Positions 18,743 through 29,727 of a stretch of 64,000 nt of DNA are shown one piece after another. Position 1 is the stretch's first letter, and every line of letters begins with the position of its first letter. Source of the DNA: an uncultured Actinomycetes bacterium (GTDB lineage: Bacteria; Actinomycetota; Thermoleophilia; Gaiellales; Gaiellaceae); assembly GCA_963826585.1 (NCBI GenBank), contig CAWGXP010000006.1, positions 11,299 to 75,298 on the forward strand, in the 5' to 3' direction. A program made the translations under genes and the position numbers. Under the pieces are notes generated by a model. The model was given only the letters and a program-made list of their open reading frames with translations, was not told the DNA's origin and made no database searches.

Positions 18743-19840
18743 TTAGTAGCGAAGCCCGGTCAGCCCGATGTTCGCGCCGTCGACGTCCGGTCGGCGAGCT
18801 CGAGCGGCTTCATGATCTCGGCGAAGTGGCAGGCGACCGGCTGGCCGGCGTACCCCGCGTTCGACGAGCGGCGGCTCCTCCTGCGCGCAGATCTCCTGCG
18901 CCTTCCAGCAGCGCGTGCGGAAGCGGCAGCCGGACGGAGGGTTCGCCGGGCTCGGCACGTCGCCCTCGAGCACGATCCGCTGCGCGCTTTCCGCGCTGGA
19001 CCGGGTCGACTCGATCGGCACGGCGGAGAGGAGCGCCTGCGTGTACGGGTGCATCGGCGCGCCGTAGACCTGTCGCGCGTGCCGATCTCGACGATCTTGC
19101 CGAGGTACATGACGGCGATGCGGTCGGAGATGTGGCGGACGACCGAGAGGTCGTGCGCGATGAAGAGGTACGTCAGCCCGAACTCCTTCTGCAGCTCGCT
19201 CGAGCAGGTTGACGACCTGCGCTTGGATCGAGACGTCGAGCGCCGACACGGGCTCGTCGAGCACGATCAGCTCGGGATTGAGCGCGAGCGCGCGGGCGAC
19301 GCCGATGCGCTGCCGCTGACCGCCGGAGAACTCGTGCGGGAACCGGTTCGCGTGCTCGGGGCTGAGGCCGACCGTCCGCAGCAGCTCCTCCACGCGCAGC
19401 CGGCCCTCGCGGCCCTGTCGAGGCCGTGGATCCGCAGCGGCTCGGCGACGATCTCGCGCACCGTCATCCGCGGGTTGAGCGACGCGTACGGATCCTGGAA
19501 GACGATCTGGATGTCGCGCCGCGACGGGCCGCATCTGCCGGCGCTTGAACTTCGTGATGTCCGTGCCCTTGAAGATGATGTCGCCGCTCGTCGGCTCGAC
19601 GAGCTTGATGATCGTCCGGCCGAGCGTCGTCTTGCCGCACCCGGACTCGCCGACGATCCCGAGCGTCTCGCCGGTGGAGCGTCGAGGTCGACCCCGTCGA
19701 CGGCGCGCACGCTGCCGACGGTGTTCTTGCAGGACGCCGGCCTTGATCGGGAAGTGCTTGACGAGATGCTCGATCCGGAGGATCTCGTTCGGGTCGGCCG
19801 CCTCGGACGCCGCAGCTGGCGTCGGCGGCCGCCAGCTCAC
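18743..19840 (-). pseudogene. oppF: oligopeptide/dipeptide ABC transporter ATP-binding protein (OppF/DppF-like), many frame disruptions
   Basis: [19 protein letters not shown]..., [57 protein letters not shown] and the C-terminal Cys-rich oligopeptide tail. The pieces are scattered over three frames. Confidence 0.8.
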
Positions 19841-20883
19841 TCATCACGCTCGCTCCCGAGGGCGCGCCGCGGTGCACCACCCGGTCGAGCTCCTCGGCGA
19901 AGTGGCACGCCGAGTCGTGCGTCGCGCCGCCGCCGATCTGCCGCAGCTCGGGCACCTCGTCGCGGCACCGCGTCCGACCTGGCGACTGCACGCAGCGCGG
20001 ATGGAACGCGCAGCCCGGCGGCGGCGTGATCAGGCTCGGCGGCTGCCCGGGGATCGGCTCGAGCCACTCCTGCTCGCCGCTCGAGCCGGGCGAGCGCGTT
20101 CATCAGCCCGACGGTGTACGGATGCCGACGGGCGAGTTGAAGATCGTGTAGACGTCACCGAGCTCGACGACACGGCCGCCGTACATGACCACCACGCGAT
20201 CGGCGAGCTCCGCGATGACGCCGAGGTCGTGCGTGATCAGGATCGTCGCGGCGTTGCGTCTCGCGCTGGAGCCGTCTCGCAGCACCTCGATGATCTGCGC
20301 CTGGATCGTTACGTCGAGCGCAGTCGTCGGCTCGTCGGCGATCAGCACCGACGGCGAGTTGGCGATCGCCATCGCGATCATGCCGCGCTGTCGCATGCCG
20401 CCGGAGAACTCGTGCGGGTACTGGTCGAAGCGCTGCTCCGGCGTTGCGGGACGCCGACGAGCGCGAGGAGCTCGATCGCGCGTCGCTTGCGCCTCGCTCG
20501 CGTCGACTCGCCGGTTGTGGGCCGTGATCGCCTCGGCGATCTGGTAGCCCACGCTCAGCACGGGGTTCAGCGACGGTCATCGGGTCCTGGAAGATCATCG
20601 CGATCTCGCCCCCGCGGATCGTCCTGGAGCTCCTCCTTCGACAGCTCAGCAGATCGCGGCCCCTTGTAGAGCGCCTGCTGCCGCTCGCGATCTGCCGGGG
20701 ACTCGGGATCAGACCGAGGACCGACATCGACGATGACGCTCTTGCCCGAGCCGGACTCGCCGATCACGCCGAGCATCTCGCCGGGGAAGAGGTCGTAGCT
20801 GACGTCGGTGACGGCGTGCGACGACTCCGTCCTCGGTCGAACTCGACCGTGAGGTCCGTGATGGAGAGGATCGGCTCGGTCAT
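19837..20883 (-). pseudogene. oppD: oligopeptide/dipeptide ABC transporter ATP-binding protein (OppD/DppD-like), multiple frame disruptions
   Basis: MTEPILSITDLTVEF (ATG 20883), [54 protein letters not shown] and [27 protein letters not shown], spread over different frames. Confidence 0.8.
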
Positions 20884-20954
20884 GACAAGAGGCTAGCGGG
20901 ATGGACTGCGCGCTGGATCGAGAGCTAGATCGTAGCGGCGCCGAACGCCCCAGC

Positions 20955-22024
20955 TCAGGCACGCACCCTCCGCTGCGTCGGATCGAGCGCGTCGCGCAGC
21001 CCGTCGCCGACGAAGTTGACGCAGAGCGACGATGGCGACGATCGCGAGCCCCGGGAACGTGCACGAGCCACCACAGGTGAAGCCCTCCCCTCGTCCGTCG
21101 GCGATCAGCTTGCCGAGCGCCGGCCTGCGGCGGCTGGATGCCGAAGCCGAGGAACGAGAGCGCCGCCTCGGTGAGGATCGCCGCCGCGATGACGAGCGTC
21201 ATGTTGACGACGATCGGCCCGACACAGTTCGGGAGGATGTGGCGCACGATGATCCGAGGTCGCTCGCGCCGGCGGCCTTCGCCGCCTCGACGAACTCCTT
21301 CTCGCGGAGCGAGAGGAAGAGGCCGCGGACGATCCGCGCGAGGCCCGTCCAGAAGAGGAAGGCGAGGATCAGACCGATGATGAGCGGCTGGGGGATCGTC
21401 ACTGTCGTGACGCCGAGGTCTGAGGGTGCTTGTCCGACTGCCCGAAGAACGCGGCGGCGTGAGCAGCACCGCGAGGCCCGGCAGCGTGAGGATCAGGTCG
21501 GTGAAGCGCATCAGCAGGTTGTCCGTCTTGCCGCCGTAGTACCCGGCGATCGAACCGACGACCGTGCCGATGAACGTCGACAGGAGCGCGACGAGGATCG
21601 CGACCCAGAGCGACGTCCGGATGCCGTAGATGACGCGGCTCAGGTAGTCGCGACCGAGCTGGTCGGTGCCGAACAGGTGCAAGCCACTGAGCGTCGGCGA
21701 GGCCGTTGAGGTTGTAGAGGTCGAGCTCGTCGAAGCCGTAGGGCGCGATCTGCGGAGCGAAGACGCCGACGAAGCCGAATGCCGATCAGGATGCACGAGG
21801 CTGACGACCGCGAGCTTGTGGCGGAAAAAGCGCATGCGGGCGTAGGCCCACTGGCTCCGCGCCTTGACCTCGACGCCGTGCTCGTAGGTGAGCTCCGTGG
21901 CGTCGATGCCCGGCGCTGCCTGCGGAACTGCCACGCCACCGCCCGTCGACGGGTTGATACCGGTCGCCTGGAGCACGTACTCCGGCTTCCCCTGAGGGCG
22001 GATGGGGGGCCGCGGATCAGTCAT
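20955..22024 (-). pseudogene. oppC: ABC transporter permease (OppC/DppC-like), multiple frame disruptions
   Basis: LFGTDQLGRDYLSRVIYGIRTSLWV..., FLSLREKEFVEAAKAAGAS, IVRHILPNCVGPIVVNMTLVIAAAILTEAALSFLGFG. The C-terminus GDGLRDALDPTQRRVRA ends at TGA 20955. Confidence 0.75.
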
Positions 22025-22995
22025 AGCGCACGCGCGGGTCGAGCACGCCGTAGGTGATGTCAGCGATCAGGTTGAAGACGATGACCATCGTCGCGGTGAT
22101 CATCAGCCACGCCATCACCGGGTACGGATCGGCAGTGCCGAGGGCGTTGACGAAGTAGAGGCCCATGCCGTCGAGCGAGAACACCGTCTCCGTGATCACG
22201 GCGCCGCCGATCAGCGCGCCGAAGTTGAGCGCGATCACCGTGACGAGCGGGATCAGAGCGTTCCGGAACGCGTGCCGCATCTGCACCTTGCGCTCCGGCA
22301 GGCCCTTTGCCCGCGCAGTGCGGACATAGTCGGTGTTTACGACCTCGAGCATCGACGCGCGCATGTATCGCGAGTACGTGGCGATGCTCGCCACCATGAG
22401 CACGATCACGGGCAGCACGAGGTGGTGCGCCCGATCGACCCAGAAGTGCCAGCCCGACCCCGGATCGACGGAGTTCAGGCTCGTGGTCGGGAAGATGTTA
22501 TGCCCCGTCTGCTGGTAGATGCAGTACGACGCCGACCTGGAGCATCAGCGCCAGCCAGAAGACCGGTGTCGCTAACCCGAGGAAGCTGAACGTCGTCGCC
22601 GTGTAGTCGAAGACGGAGTACTGCCGTAGGGCCGACAGGACGCCGATCCCGATGGCGATCAGGATCGCGAGGAACTCGGCGACGAACACGAGCTGCAGGG
22701 TGTTCCTCATCACCCGCCAGAGGTCGGGCAGGATCGGCTTGTTCGTGAGGAGCGTCGTTCCGAACTCGTTCGTGAAGGCATCCTGCACCCAGTACCAGTA
22801 GCGCACGGGGATCGAGTCGTTGAGGTGCTTCTCCCTCTCGATGCGTTCCACGGTCTCGTGGCTCACGTTCGGCGTGACCCGCAGCGACGCAAGCGGGTCG
22901 CCTGCGCCCTTCACGACGAAGGAGAAGACGAGAAAGCTGGCGAGGATGAGGACGACGATGCTGTAGAGAAGCCGGCGGATGATGTACGTGAGCAT
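22017..22995 (-). pseudogene. oppB: ABC transporter permease (OppB/DppB-like), frame disruption near 22500
   Basis: The N-terminal ORF 22498..22995 (MLTYIIRRLLYSIVVLILASFLVF...) and the C-terminal ORF 22017..22418 (YVRTARAKGLPERKVQMRHAFRNALIPLVTV...) are two halves of one permease. Confidence 0.8.
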
Positions 22996-23074
22996 CGCTT
23001 CGTTTCCTTACCCGATCTTCGGAGTGTAGAGACCTCGACCCGCTCCCGCCTAGGCGGCGGGAGCGGGTCTTGGT

Positions 23075-24752
23075 CTATGGTTCGCGTCTACAGCCGAACT
23101 GGTCTCCTACGCAGTCCAGGTGCGAGACGTTCCAGGGGCTGCCTTCCGTCGTCGGGTTGACGACCGGCCCCTTGAGGCTTGCTGCGTGGATCACGAACAC
23201 CGGGCGTGCGTAGACGGGGATGGACGGAATGTCCTTCACCATGTACTTCGCCTCGGCGGCGTTGAGCATCTTCGCCCGGTCGGACGCCGAGAGGGTGTTC
23301 GCAACGGCGTCGAGAACCTTCGTGAACTTCACGTTGCAGTAGTTCATGTAGTTCTGTTCGCCCTTGCACGCGTACAGGTCCTTGACCGTGATCTGCGTGC
23401 CCGGGCTGCCGACCCACGTGAACAGCAGCAGTGTCCCAGTCACCGGACGGAAGCGTCGTGCCGAACAGCGTGCCCGCCACCTGGAAGCGCGGGACGAGCT
23501 CGATGCCGACGCTCTTGAGCTGCCGCTGCATGATCTCGAACGTCAGTGCCCGGAGCTGGTTACCGGTCGTCGTTCCGAAGCGGAACGACAGCTTGCCGAC
23601 GTTCGGGCAACTGAAGATGTCGCTGTTGTTCGCAGCGGGCTTGTCAGGACCACCGGTGCAGCCGTGGGCCTTGAGGATGGCGATCACCTTCGCCTGGCTG
23701 AACTTGTAGACAGCCCAGTTCTTCTTGTACGTGCTCTGGAACGGAACGAACATGTGGCTGTAGAGAGCGGGCAGGCCCGGTGCAATCGTCGCGTAGAGCG
23801 CGTTCGCGATCTGCTGCTGGTTGATACCGGTGATGAGCGCCTGCCGGACATACGGCTGCTTGAGCGCCGGCAGCGCCCTGCGGGCCGAACTGAATGTCCA
23901 GGTGCTCCCATGCGAAGCCGATCTGGCGATCGACGACGAACTTCTTGTCCTTCAGGAAGTCAGCGATCTGGAGCTGCGGCTGCGGCTCCATGACCTGACC
24001 CTCGCCGGCCTTCATGGCCTGGAAGCGAGCGTTCGTGTCGAGGATGTAGCGGAACACGAGCTTGCCGATCTTCATCGGCGTGCCGGCCTTGAACTTCGGG
24101 TTCTTGACGACCGTGATCTGGACGCCCTTCTGCCAGCTCGAGAACTTCCACGGACCACTCGACATCGGCACCGAGTTCAGGAACATCTGGTTCATGTCCT
24201 GACCGTCGACGATGCTTGCCTCGTAGACGCCGCCGGAAACCAGCGACTCCCAGTCGGCGTACGTGCCCTTGAAGACGACCGTGAAGGTCTTGCCACCCTT
24301 ACCGCTGACCTTGACGGACTTGATGTCCTCCCAACCCGTTCGGCTGATGACGTTGTTCTGCGGGGTTGACGAACACCTTCCACGTGGCAACGAAGTCCTT
24401 GCCCGTGACCTGCTTGCCGTCTGGACCACACCGCGTCGGGGCGGAAGGTGGCCTGCACGGTGAGAGGCTTTGTCTTGAGGATCTTCGGCGCGGCCGTAAA
24501 CAACCGAGGAGTGAAGTCACCCTGGGCGTTGCGGATCTGGCCGCCGTACCAGATGTTGTTCAGCACCAGCTGCGTGGCGTAGAGGTTGTTCCCTACCCAC
24601 GGTCCCTGGAGGTTGGGCGGCTCCTGGTCGTGAATGAAGACCACGGTCGCGGCGTTCGCCCGCTCGGACTTCGCGGACGCCGCCGGCCCGATGATGAGGC
24701 TCGCGCAAACCACGAGAGCCCCAACAAGGAGCGCAATGGACGTCTTACGCAT
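23075..24752 (-). pseudogene. oppA: ABC transporter substrate-binding protein, family 5 (OppA/DppA-like), at least four frame disruptions
   Basis: Signal peptide MRKTSIALLVGALVVCASLIIGPAASA (ATG 24752, GGAGGAG Shine-Dalgarno). The body continues through track ORFs 24299..24520, 23644..24429, 23088..23753 and 23075..23443. Confidence 0.8.
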
Positions 24753-24940
24753 GTATCTCCTCCATACGAGTAGATGCTCCTGCTGCTGTTCGAACGCCAT
24801 GCTCCAAAACACGACCCGGTCGTGCCCCGACACAGGCAGCCGATCCCGGCCGGAAGCCCGTCAAATTTCGTGTCCTCGGCATGGTCAAGTGCAGGATCGT
24901 AGTCTATGACGTACAGACTGCGGTTCAGTTAGGAGACAGA

Positions 24941-25330
24941 ATGTCCAGTTCGTTTTACTCTGGTTCGCTCTTTCCCAAAAAGGGCCAGAAGCAGCGGCCT
25001 GCAAATGACTTCGTCGCCGCCGAGGACGCCCAGTGGCTGGCCGAGAACGCCGTCACGCGCGTCGAGGATGCGCTCGGCTCGAGCTGGTACGAGCAGCACG
25101 GCACCGCCGCCGACCTCGCCGCCCTGACGCTCTGTCGCCTACGCCGCGCGCGGGCAGGCGAGCGCGGCGGGCCACAGGCAGGCGACGAAGCCGTGCGCGC
25201 GGTGCTCAAGGCGGCCGACCCGAAGGCGCTCCTGTGGATCGCGAGCCGCGCGTTCTCGTACATGGACGAGAACGGCTTCCCCGAGGCCGTCGAGCCCTGG
25301 TTCGGCGAAGAGACCGCGCTAGACGACTAG
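24941..25330 (+). CDS. hypothetical protein (129 aa)
   Basis: Internal ATG of ORF 24881..25330, preceded by AGGAGA. Begins MSSSFYSGSLFPKKGQKQRPANDFVAAEDAQW... No family recognised. Confidence 0.5.
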   Translation: MSSSFYSGSLFPKKGQKQRPANDFVAAEDAQWLAENAVTRVEDALGSSWYEQHGTAADLAALTLCRLRRARAGERGGPQAGDEAVRAVLKAADPKALLWIASRAFSYMDENGFPEAVEPWFGEETALDD

Positions 25331-25333
25331 CGG

Positions 25334-26314
25334 CTAGCGGTCGCGGCGCCAGAGGAGAAGCGTCAGCGGTAGGAAGGCGGCGAGAGCGAGGTAGGGCGCA
25401 AGCGCGTGGCGGCTCGTCCGCGTCCCGCGGACGACCGTCGGTCCCGTGCCGAGCAGCGCGCGTGCCTTCCCGGCGACCTTCGCGACTTCGCCTTCCGAGT
25501 AGACGGTCCCTCGGGTCGCGGCCGCGAGCTTGTCGAGGTTCGCCCGCGCGGCCGGGTCGGGACGGTACTGCGACTCCGGTACGCCGCGCGTGTAGACCCG
25601 CTCGTTCCCGTGCCAGAACTGGACGTAGATCGCCTTGACGGTAGGTGGGATGTTGAACACGCGCGCGATCCGGGCGATGTTGATCGACTGGCTCTCGCCG
25701 TCCGTCAGCACGATCAGCAGCCGCTTCTTCGCCGTCGGGCTGAAGAATCGCTCGACCGGCATCGCCGCGAGCGAGTCGATGCTCGTCGCGTTCGTGAGAA
25801 AGCTCGACCTGGGCGGCGGCCGCTCGATCCCGATCGCGCGCTCGACCGTCGCGCGGAAGACCGTCTCGTCCGGGCTCGGAAAGAGATGGGGCAGCACGCG
25901 GTCGGTGTACGACGCGATCCCGATCGGCGTGGTCGGAAGCTTCGCGCGCAGCGCGTCCGCGAACACCTTCGCCCGGGTGAGCCGCGACTGGCCGCTCTCG
26001 CTTCCCTTCGCGAGCATCGAGCGGGTGACGTCGAAGACAACGTACGCTTCGGCGTCCGTGCGCGTACGGCGGTCCACCGTCTGCTCGACGACCGGCTGCG
26101 CGGCGGCGAGGCCGACGAGCAGGGCCGCCGCGATCGCCGCTAGCACCGGCACGAGCAGCGACAGGCGCCGGAGCGAGCGGAGCCCGAGGAGCTGTCGCAC
26201 CCGTGCCCCCCTCCGTGTGATCGCGTAGAGCGCGCAGAGCGGGAGGACGACGCCGAGTGCGAGCAGCACGCCGATCGGCGAGAGGAACACGACGCCGATC
26301 GCGAGCAGGCCCAT
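25334..26314 (-). CDS. VWA domain-containing membrane protein (BatA/BatB-like)
   Basis: Two N-terminal TM helices, the MIDAS-like segment YVVFDVTRSM and LIVLTDGES, plus a C-terminal TM helix. Confidence 0.8.
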   Translation of the reverse strand: MGLLAIGVVFLSPIGVLLALGVVLPLCALYAITRRGARVRQLLGLRSLRRLSLLVPVLAAIAAALLVGLAAAQPVVEQTVDRRTRTDAEAYVVFDVTRSMLAKGSESGQSRLTRAKVFADALRAKLPTTPIGIASYTDRVLPHLFPSPDETVFRATVERAIGIERPPPRSSFLTNATSIDSLAAMPVERFFSPTAKKRLLIVLTDGESQSINIARIARVFNIPPTVKAIYVQFWHGNERVYTRGVPESQYRPDPAARANLDKLAAATRGTVYSEGEVAKVAGKARALLGTGPTVVRGTRTSRHALAPYLALAAFLPLTLLLWRRDR

Positions 26315-26950
26315 CTAGTAGCCGCTGCCGGCTTCGCCCGCTCCGGCGCCCTTCGCGCCCGCGCCGCCCGGCGACGGATTCTGCCCGCCGGCGCTCTCGG
26401 TCGGCTGGATCGCGCGACCCCGCTGGAGGGCGAGCTCGAGGTTCGCCTTCGGCTCGGCGTGCGTCGGGTCGAGCGCGATCGCGCCCGTCAGCGCCGCGAT
26501 CGCGTCCTGGATGTGGAGCAGTTGGTCGTTCGGCTCGTGGAGCGCGCTCGCCAGGCTGAGGACGCCGACGAGACCCATGGCACGGGCGCGCAGCCGCCGG
26601 TCGCCGCCCTTCGAGCCGGCGATCTCCTGGAGACGCGCACGGGCCTCACCGCGCTGGAGCGCAAGACTCGGGTCGGACGTGACGCCGAGGTCGAGCCGGC
26701 TGAGCCGGAACGCCCGCAGTGCCTCGCGGAAGCGGACGTCGTCCGAGACTCCGAGCAAGTGCCCGGCGAGGTCTCCGGGCAGATGCGTCGTCGGCTGCCA
26801 GAGATCCTCCGCTTCGGGCGACGTGCGGTAGCGGACGTCGTCGGCGCGGAACACCTGCCTCCAGCTGCCCGCGTCCGACGCGAGCGCGAACGAGGCGGCA
26901 GCGAGCGCGAGGCAGAAGACGGCGCCCAGCGCGTAGAGCACGCGCCTCAT
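26315..26950 (-). CDS. membrane-anchored helical-repeat protein (BatC-like position), Gly/Ala/Pro-rich tail
   Basis: N-terminal TM helix followed by a helical region. It abuts the neighbouring VWA gene with no gap. Confidence 0.6.
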   Translation of the reverse strand: MRRVLYALGAVFCLALAAASFALASDAGSWRQVFRADDVRYRTSPEAEDLWQPTTHLPGDLAGHLLGVSDDVRFREALRAFRLSRLDLGVTSDPSLALQRGEARARLQEIAGSKGGDRRLRARAMGLVGVLSLASALHEPNDQLLHIQDAIAALTGAIALDPTHAEPKANLELALQRGRAIQPTESAGGQNPSPGGAGAKGAGAGEAGSGY

Positions 26951-27741
26951 GCGGCCACCTTCTCCGGACGGCTGGCAGGCAGCGCGAGCCGTCCGGCGAG
27001 GCCCTCGTGGAGGGCGAGGACGAGGAACAGCAGACCGCCGAGCACGAGCAGCGCCGTCGGCACCGGGCTCGTCGCCTTCGCCGACAGCGCCTGCTCGACC
27101 TGCGACTGCACCTCGGGCAGGCCGACGAAGGCGTGCTTGCCGAGAATGCCTTGGAACAGCTCGATGCCGTCGGACGAGGCGGCAAGTGGATCAGGCGCAC
27201 GTCGACGTGCTCCTGCTGGAGACGCCTGAGCGATCGCGAGACGACCTCGACGTCCTCGGGCGCCGTCTCGAGGTCCGAGACGAGGACGATGTAGCCGTCC
27301 TTGACCTTGTCCCTGATCAGCATGCCGCGGGCGAGGTCGAGAGCCGACGAGATGCGTGTGCCGGCGCGGAACGACTGCCACCACGGGTTCTGTGGGGTGC
27401 CCGTGCCCGTCGGCGCGAGCACGCGCAGAAGCGGCTTGAGCTCGGAGGCCGGGGTCCCCGGGGGCAGCAGCTCGTACGGCACATCCGAGAAGACGACGAG
27501 CCCGACCGGCGCGTCGACCTTCAGCAGCCGTCGGATCGCGCGCTGCACGTCCGGGTAGCTCTTCTCCTCGATCGAGAGCGAGAGGTCGAGAACGACGACG
27601 CCCGTCGAGCCGCGCGGGAGAAAGCCGCGCTCGCGAACGTCGAGGTCGACGAGCCGAGGCGGCAGCCGCCGCGAGCAGCGCGAGCGCCGCGCCGGCGAGG
27701 ACGATCCGCAGCGCGAACGTGCGCCGCCGTGCGAACGTCAT
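26947..27741 (-). pseudogene. VWA-like membrane protein, two frame disruptions as sequenced (about 27190 and 27650)
   Basis: MTFARRRTFALRIVLAGAALALLAAAAA, then VVVLDLSLSI..., then MQRAIRRLLKVDAPVGLVVFSDVPYELLPPG...YIVLVSDLET (ORF 26646..27548). The C-terminal TM segment lies in the frame of ORF 26947..28668. Confidence 0.65.
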
Positions 27742-27778
27742 CGTCACGGCGTCGCCGCTCTCGACGGCTCGACGACGT

Positions 27779-28781
27779 CTAGGCCAGAGGCGCATTGCCC
27801 TCCGACGGTTCGTCCCTGTCGGCCTCGGCCCGTGGACGACGATCGCCGCCCGGACCTGGGTCGCCAGGACCCGCGTCTTCGACACGGGCGGCACGTCCTC
27901 GGACCAGGCGAGATCGCGCGCACGCCGTGCCAGCAGCGGGTCGAAGTCCCGAGCCTCGAGCTCCTCGGCGACGAGCTCGAGCGCACGGCGCTGATCGGCG
28001 CCGCCGTTCGAGCGCACGTCGGCTTCGAGCAGGACGAGCGCGTGCTCGAGTGGCGCGAGCCATTCCTCCGGCTCCTGGGGCTCCGGCTCGGGCTCCGGTT
28101 CGGGCGGCGGCCGCGACGGGATCGCGAGCACCGCGAGCAAGATGCCGACGACGGCAAGCAACGCGCCCAACCCGAAGGCGACCGCCCGGACGACCTGCGG
28201 GCTGATGCGATAGGACACGCCTGGCAGCGTGACGGCGTCCGCTCGCCACGGGCTCTTGACCGCGGCCGGGTTGTCGTAGTCGTCGGTGACGATCTGCGAG
28301 TGCGAGACGAGCACGGGCCAGTGGGTCTGGACCTGTCCGCTTCGTCCCTTCCCCGACGCGGCTTGAAGGTGACGTGGACGGGATCGAACTCGAGCGACGA
28401 GGTGTCTCGCTTGCGGCACACACGCGCCGATCACGCAGCGGAGCACGTACGTCGTTCGTATGTACGACGGGCTCGGCGTGTCACCGCGTACGCAGCACGG
28501 GCGGGGCGACGACACCCAGGGTGCGAACTGCGGCTTGACCTGGATCGAGTCGCCGTTCGACCCGTCGTCGGTCGAGCGTGACGTCGATCCAGGCATTGAT
28601 CGTGTCGCCGAAAGGGCGACGCGCGGGGAGAACGTCGACCGGATTGCGATCGGGCCGAATTGGAACACCGGCGCGGCCGGTCGCTCCCGCTGCGCCGCCG
28701 CGGTCGCGGATACGAGGAGGGTGATCCCGACGGCGGCGGCGACACAGGGCTAGCGCGACGAGGAGCGCCTGTGCGGGTCAC
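27779..28781 (-). pseudogene. hypothetical membrane protein of the Bat-like cluster, several frame disruptions; boundaries approximate
   Basis: Readable pieces are FQFGPIAIRSTFSPRVAL, YIRTTYVLRCVIGACVP, WPVLVSHSQIVTDDYDNPAAVKSPWRADAVTLPGVSY, a TM helix VAFGLGALLAVVGILLAVLAI, a PEPEPEPEP linker and a helical tail. Confidence 0.4.
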
Positions 28782-29684
28782 GCGGCCCTCCTAGCACGTC
28801 GCACGTCTGACCATTCGAGGAACGAGGTCAGGATCTCGACGGGCTCGTTGGACGAGAGCGACCAGCGGGGTCGAGGTCCATCGCCCCGAACATCGAGGAG
28901 CAACTGCTCTAGCCGCGCTTCGTTCGCCGCGCGCCTGTCTGCCGCCTCACGCCGAGTCAGCCGGAGGTCGGAGAGGCGACCCGTGCGCGGGTCACGAAAG
29001 GGCACGACGATCCCGCGCACGTCGGGAAAGCTCTGCTCCCAGGTTGGGTCCTGGATGATCGACCGGGACGATGTCCCATCGATGCTCGAGCGCCGTCAGC
29101 CAGCTCTCGTCGCCCGGCGGCTCGAGGAAATCCGAGAGACAGAAGACGAAGCTACCGGGCGTCACGGCGCGCGGATGCTGGGCGAGATACGCGAGCGAGC
29201 TCGCGAGCGTGTCCTCGGGTGCGCCGAAGACGTCGGAGGTCAGACGCTCTTCGCGGAGCTCACCGAGGCGCCTCCCACCCTGCGGCGGCAGCCACCACGC
29301 CTCGCCGTCTGCAAAGTCGAGGTAGCCGGCGAAGCCGCCGACGAGCGCGGTGCTCTGCAGGAGGAGCTCGACGGTGTTGCGCATCGCCTGCGCCTTGTCG
29401 AGCCACGGGAGCACTGGTCCGAGGCCCTGCATCTCGGGCCTCCGGTCGACGACGACGACGACGCGCGGCGCCTCCTCGGCGAAGCGCTCTCGAACGATGA
29501 ACTCGTCGCGCTGACGTGCGAGGGAAAGCCGCGCCGATGCGGCCCAGTCGATCGCGTGGATGTCGTCACCGGTGTGATACGGCCGCGAGCCGGCAACGTC
29601 CGACCCCGAGCCGCGGCGGAGGCTGCGCATCGTTCCGAACGAGAGCCCGACCAGCCTGCCCCGCGGGACAAGGGGAAAAGTCAA
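28778..29684 (-). pseudogene. DUF58 family protein, one frame disruption near 29025
   Basis: SRPYHTGDDIHAIDWAASARL matches the DUF58 R-x-Y-x-x-GD-x-x-x-IDW signature. The C-terminus continues in ORF 28778..29020. A TTG start at 29684 is proposed. Confidence 0.75.
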
Positions 29685-29727
29685 GCGCGCTCCTCGACGG
29701 CTGTGGCTTCCGCCGCCGCAGGGGCCA

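Noticed and set aside
18743-24752. Interpreting the Opp/Dpp operon as five intact transporter genes.
   Set aside because: Every gene needs several frame corrections to be read. As sequenced none is intact, and I cannot tell sequencing error from real decay without reads.
28060-28110. Short tandem GGCTCCGG/GGCTCGGG-type nucleotide repeats, considered as a mini-CRISPR or VNTR.
   Set aside because: They simply encode a PEPEPEPEP linker on the minus strand. There are no spacers of unique sequence and no array structure.
26947-28668. 573-aa ORF spanning two genes of the Bat-like cluster; likewise the 605-aa ORF 38100..39917 and the 591-aa ORF 39230..41005.
   Set aside because: These are chimeric read-throughs or upstream extensions that overlap neighbouring real genes. 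Only the C-terminal parts (VWA-like protein, wecA, upp) have protein-like sequence.
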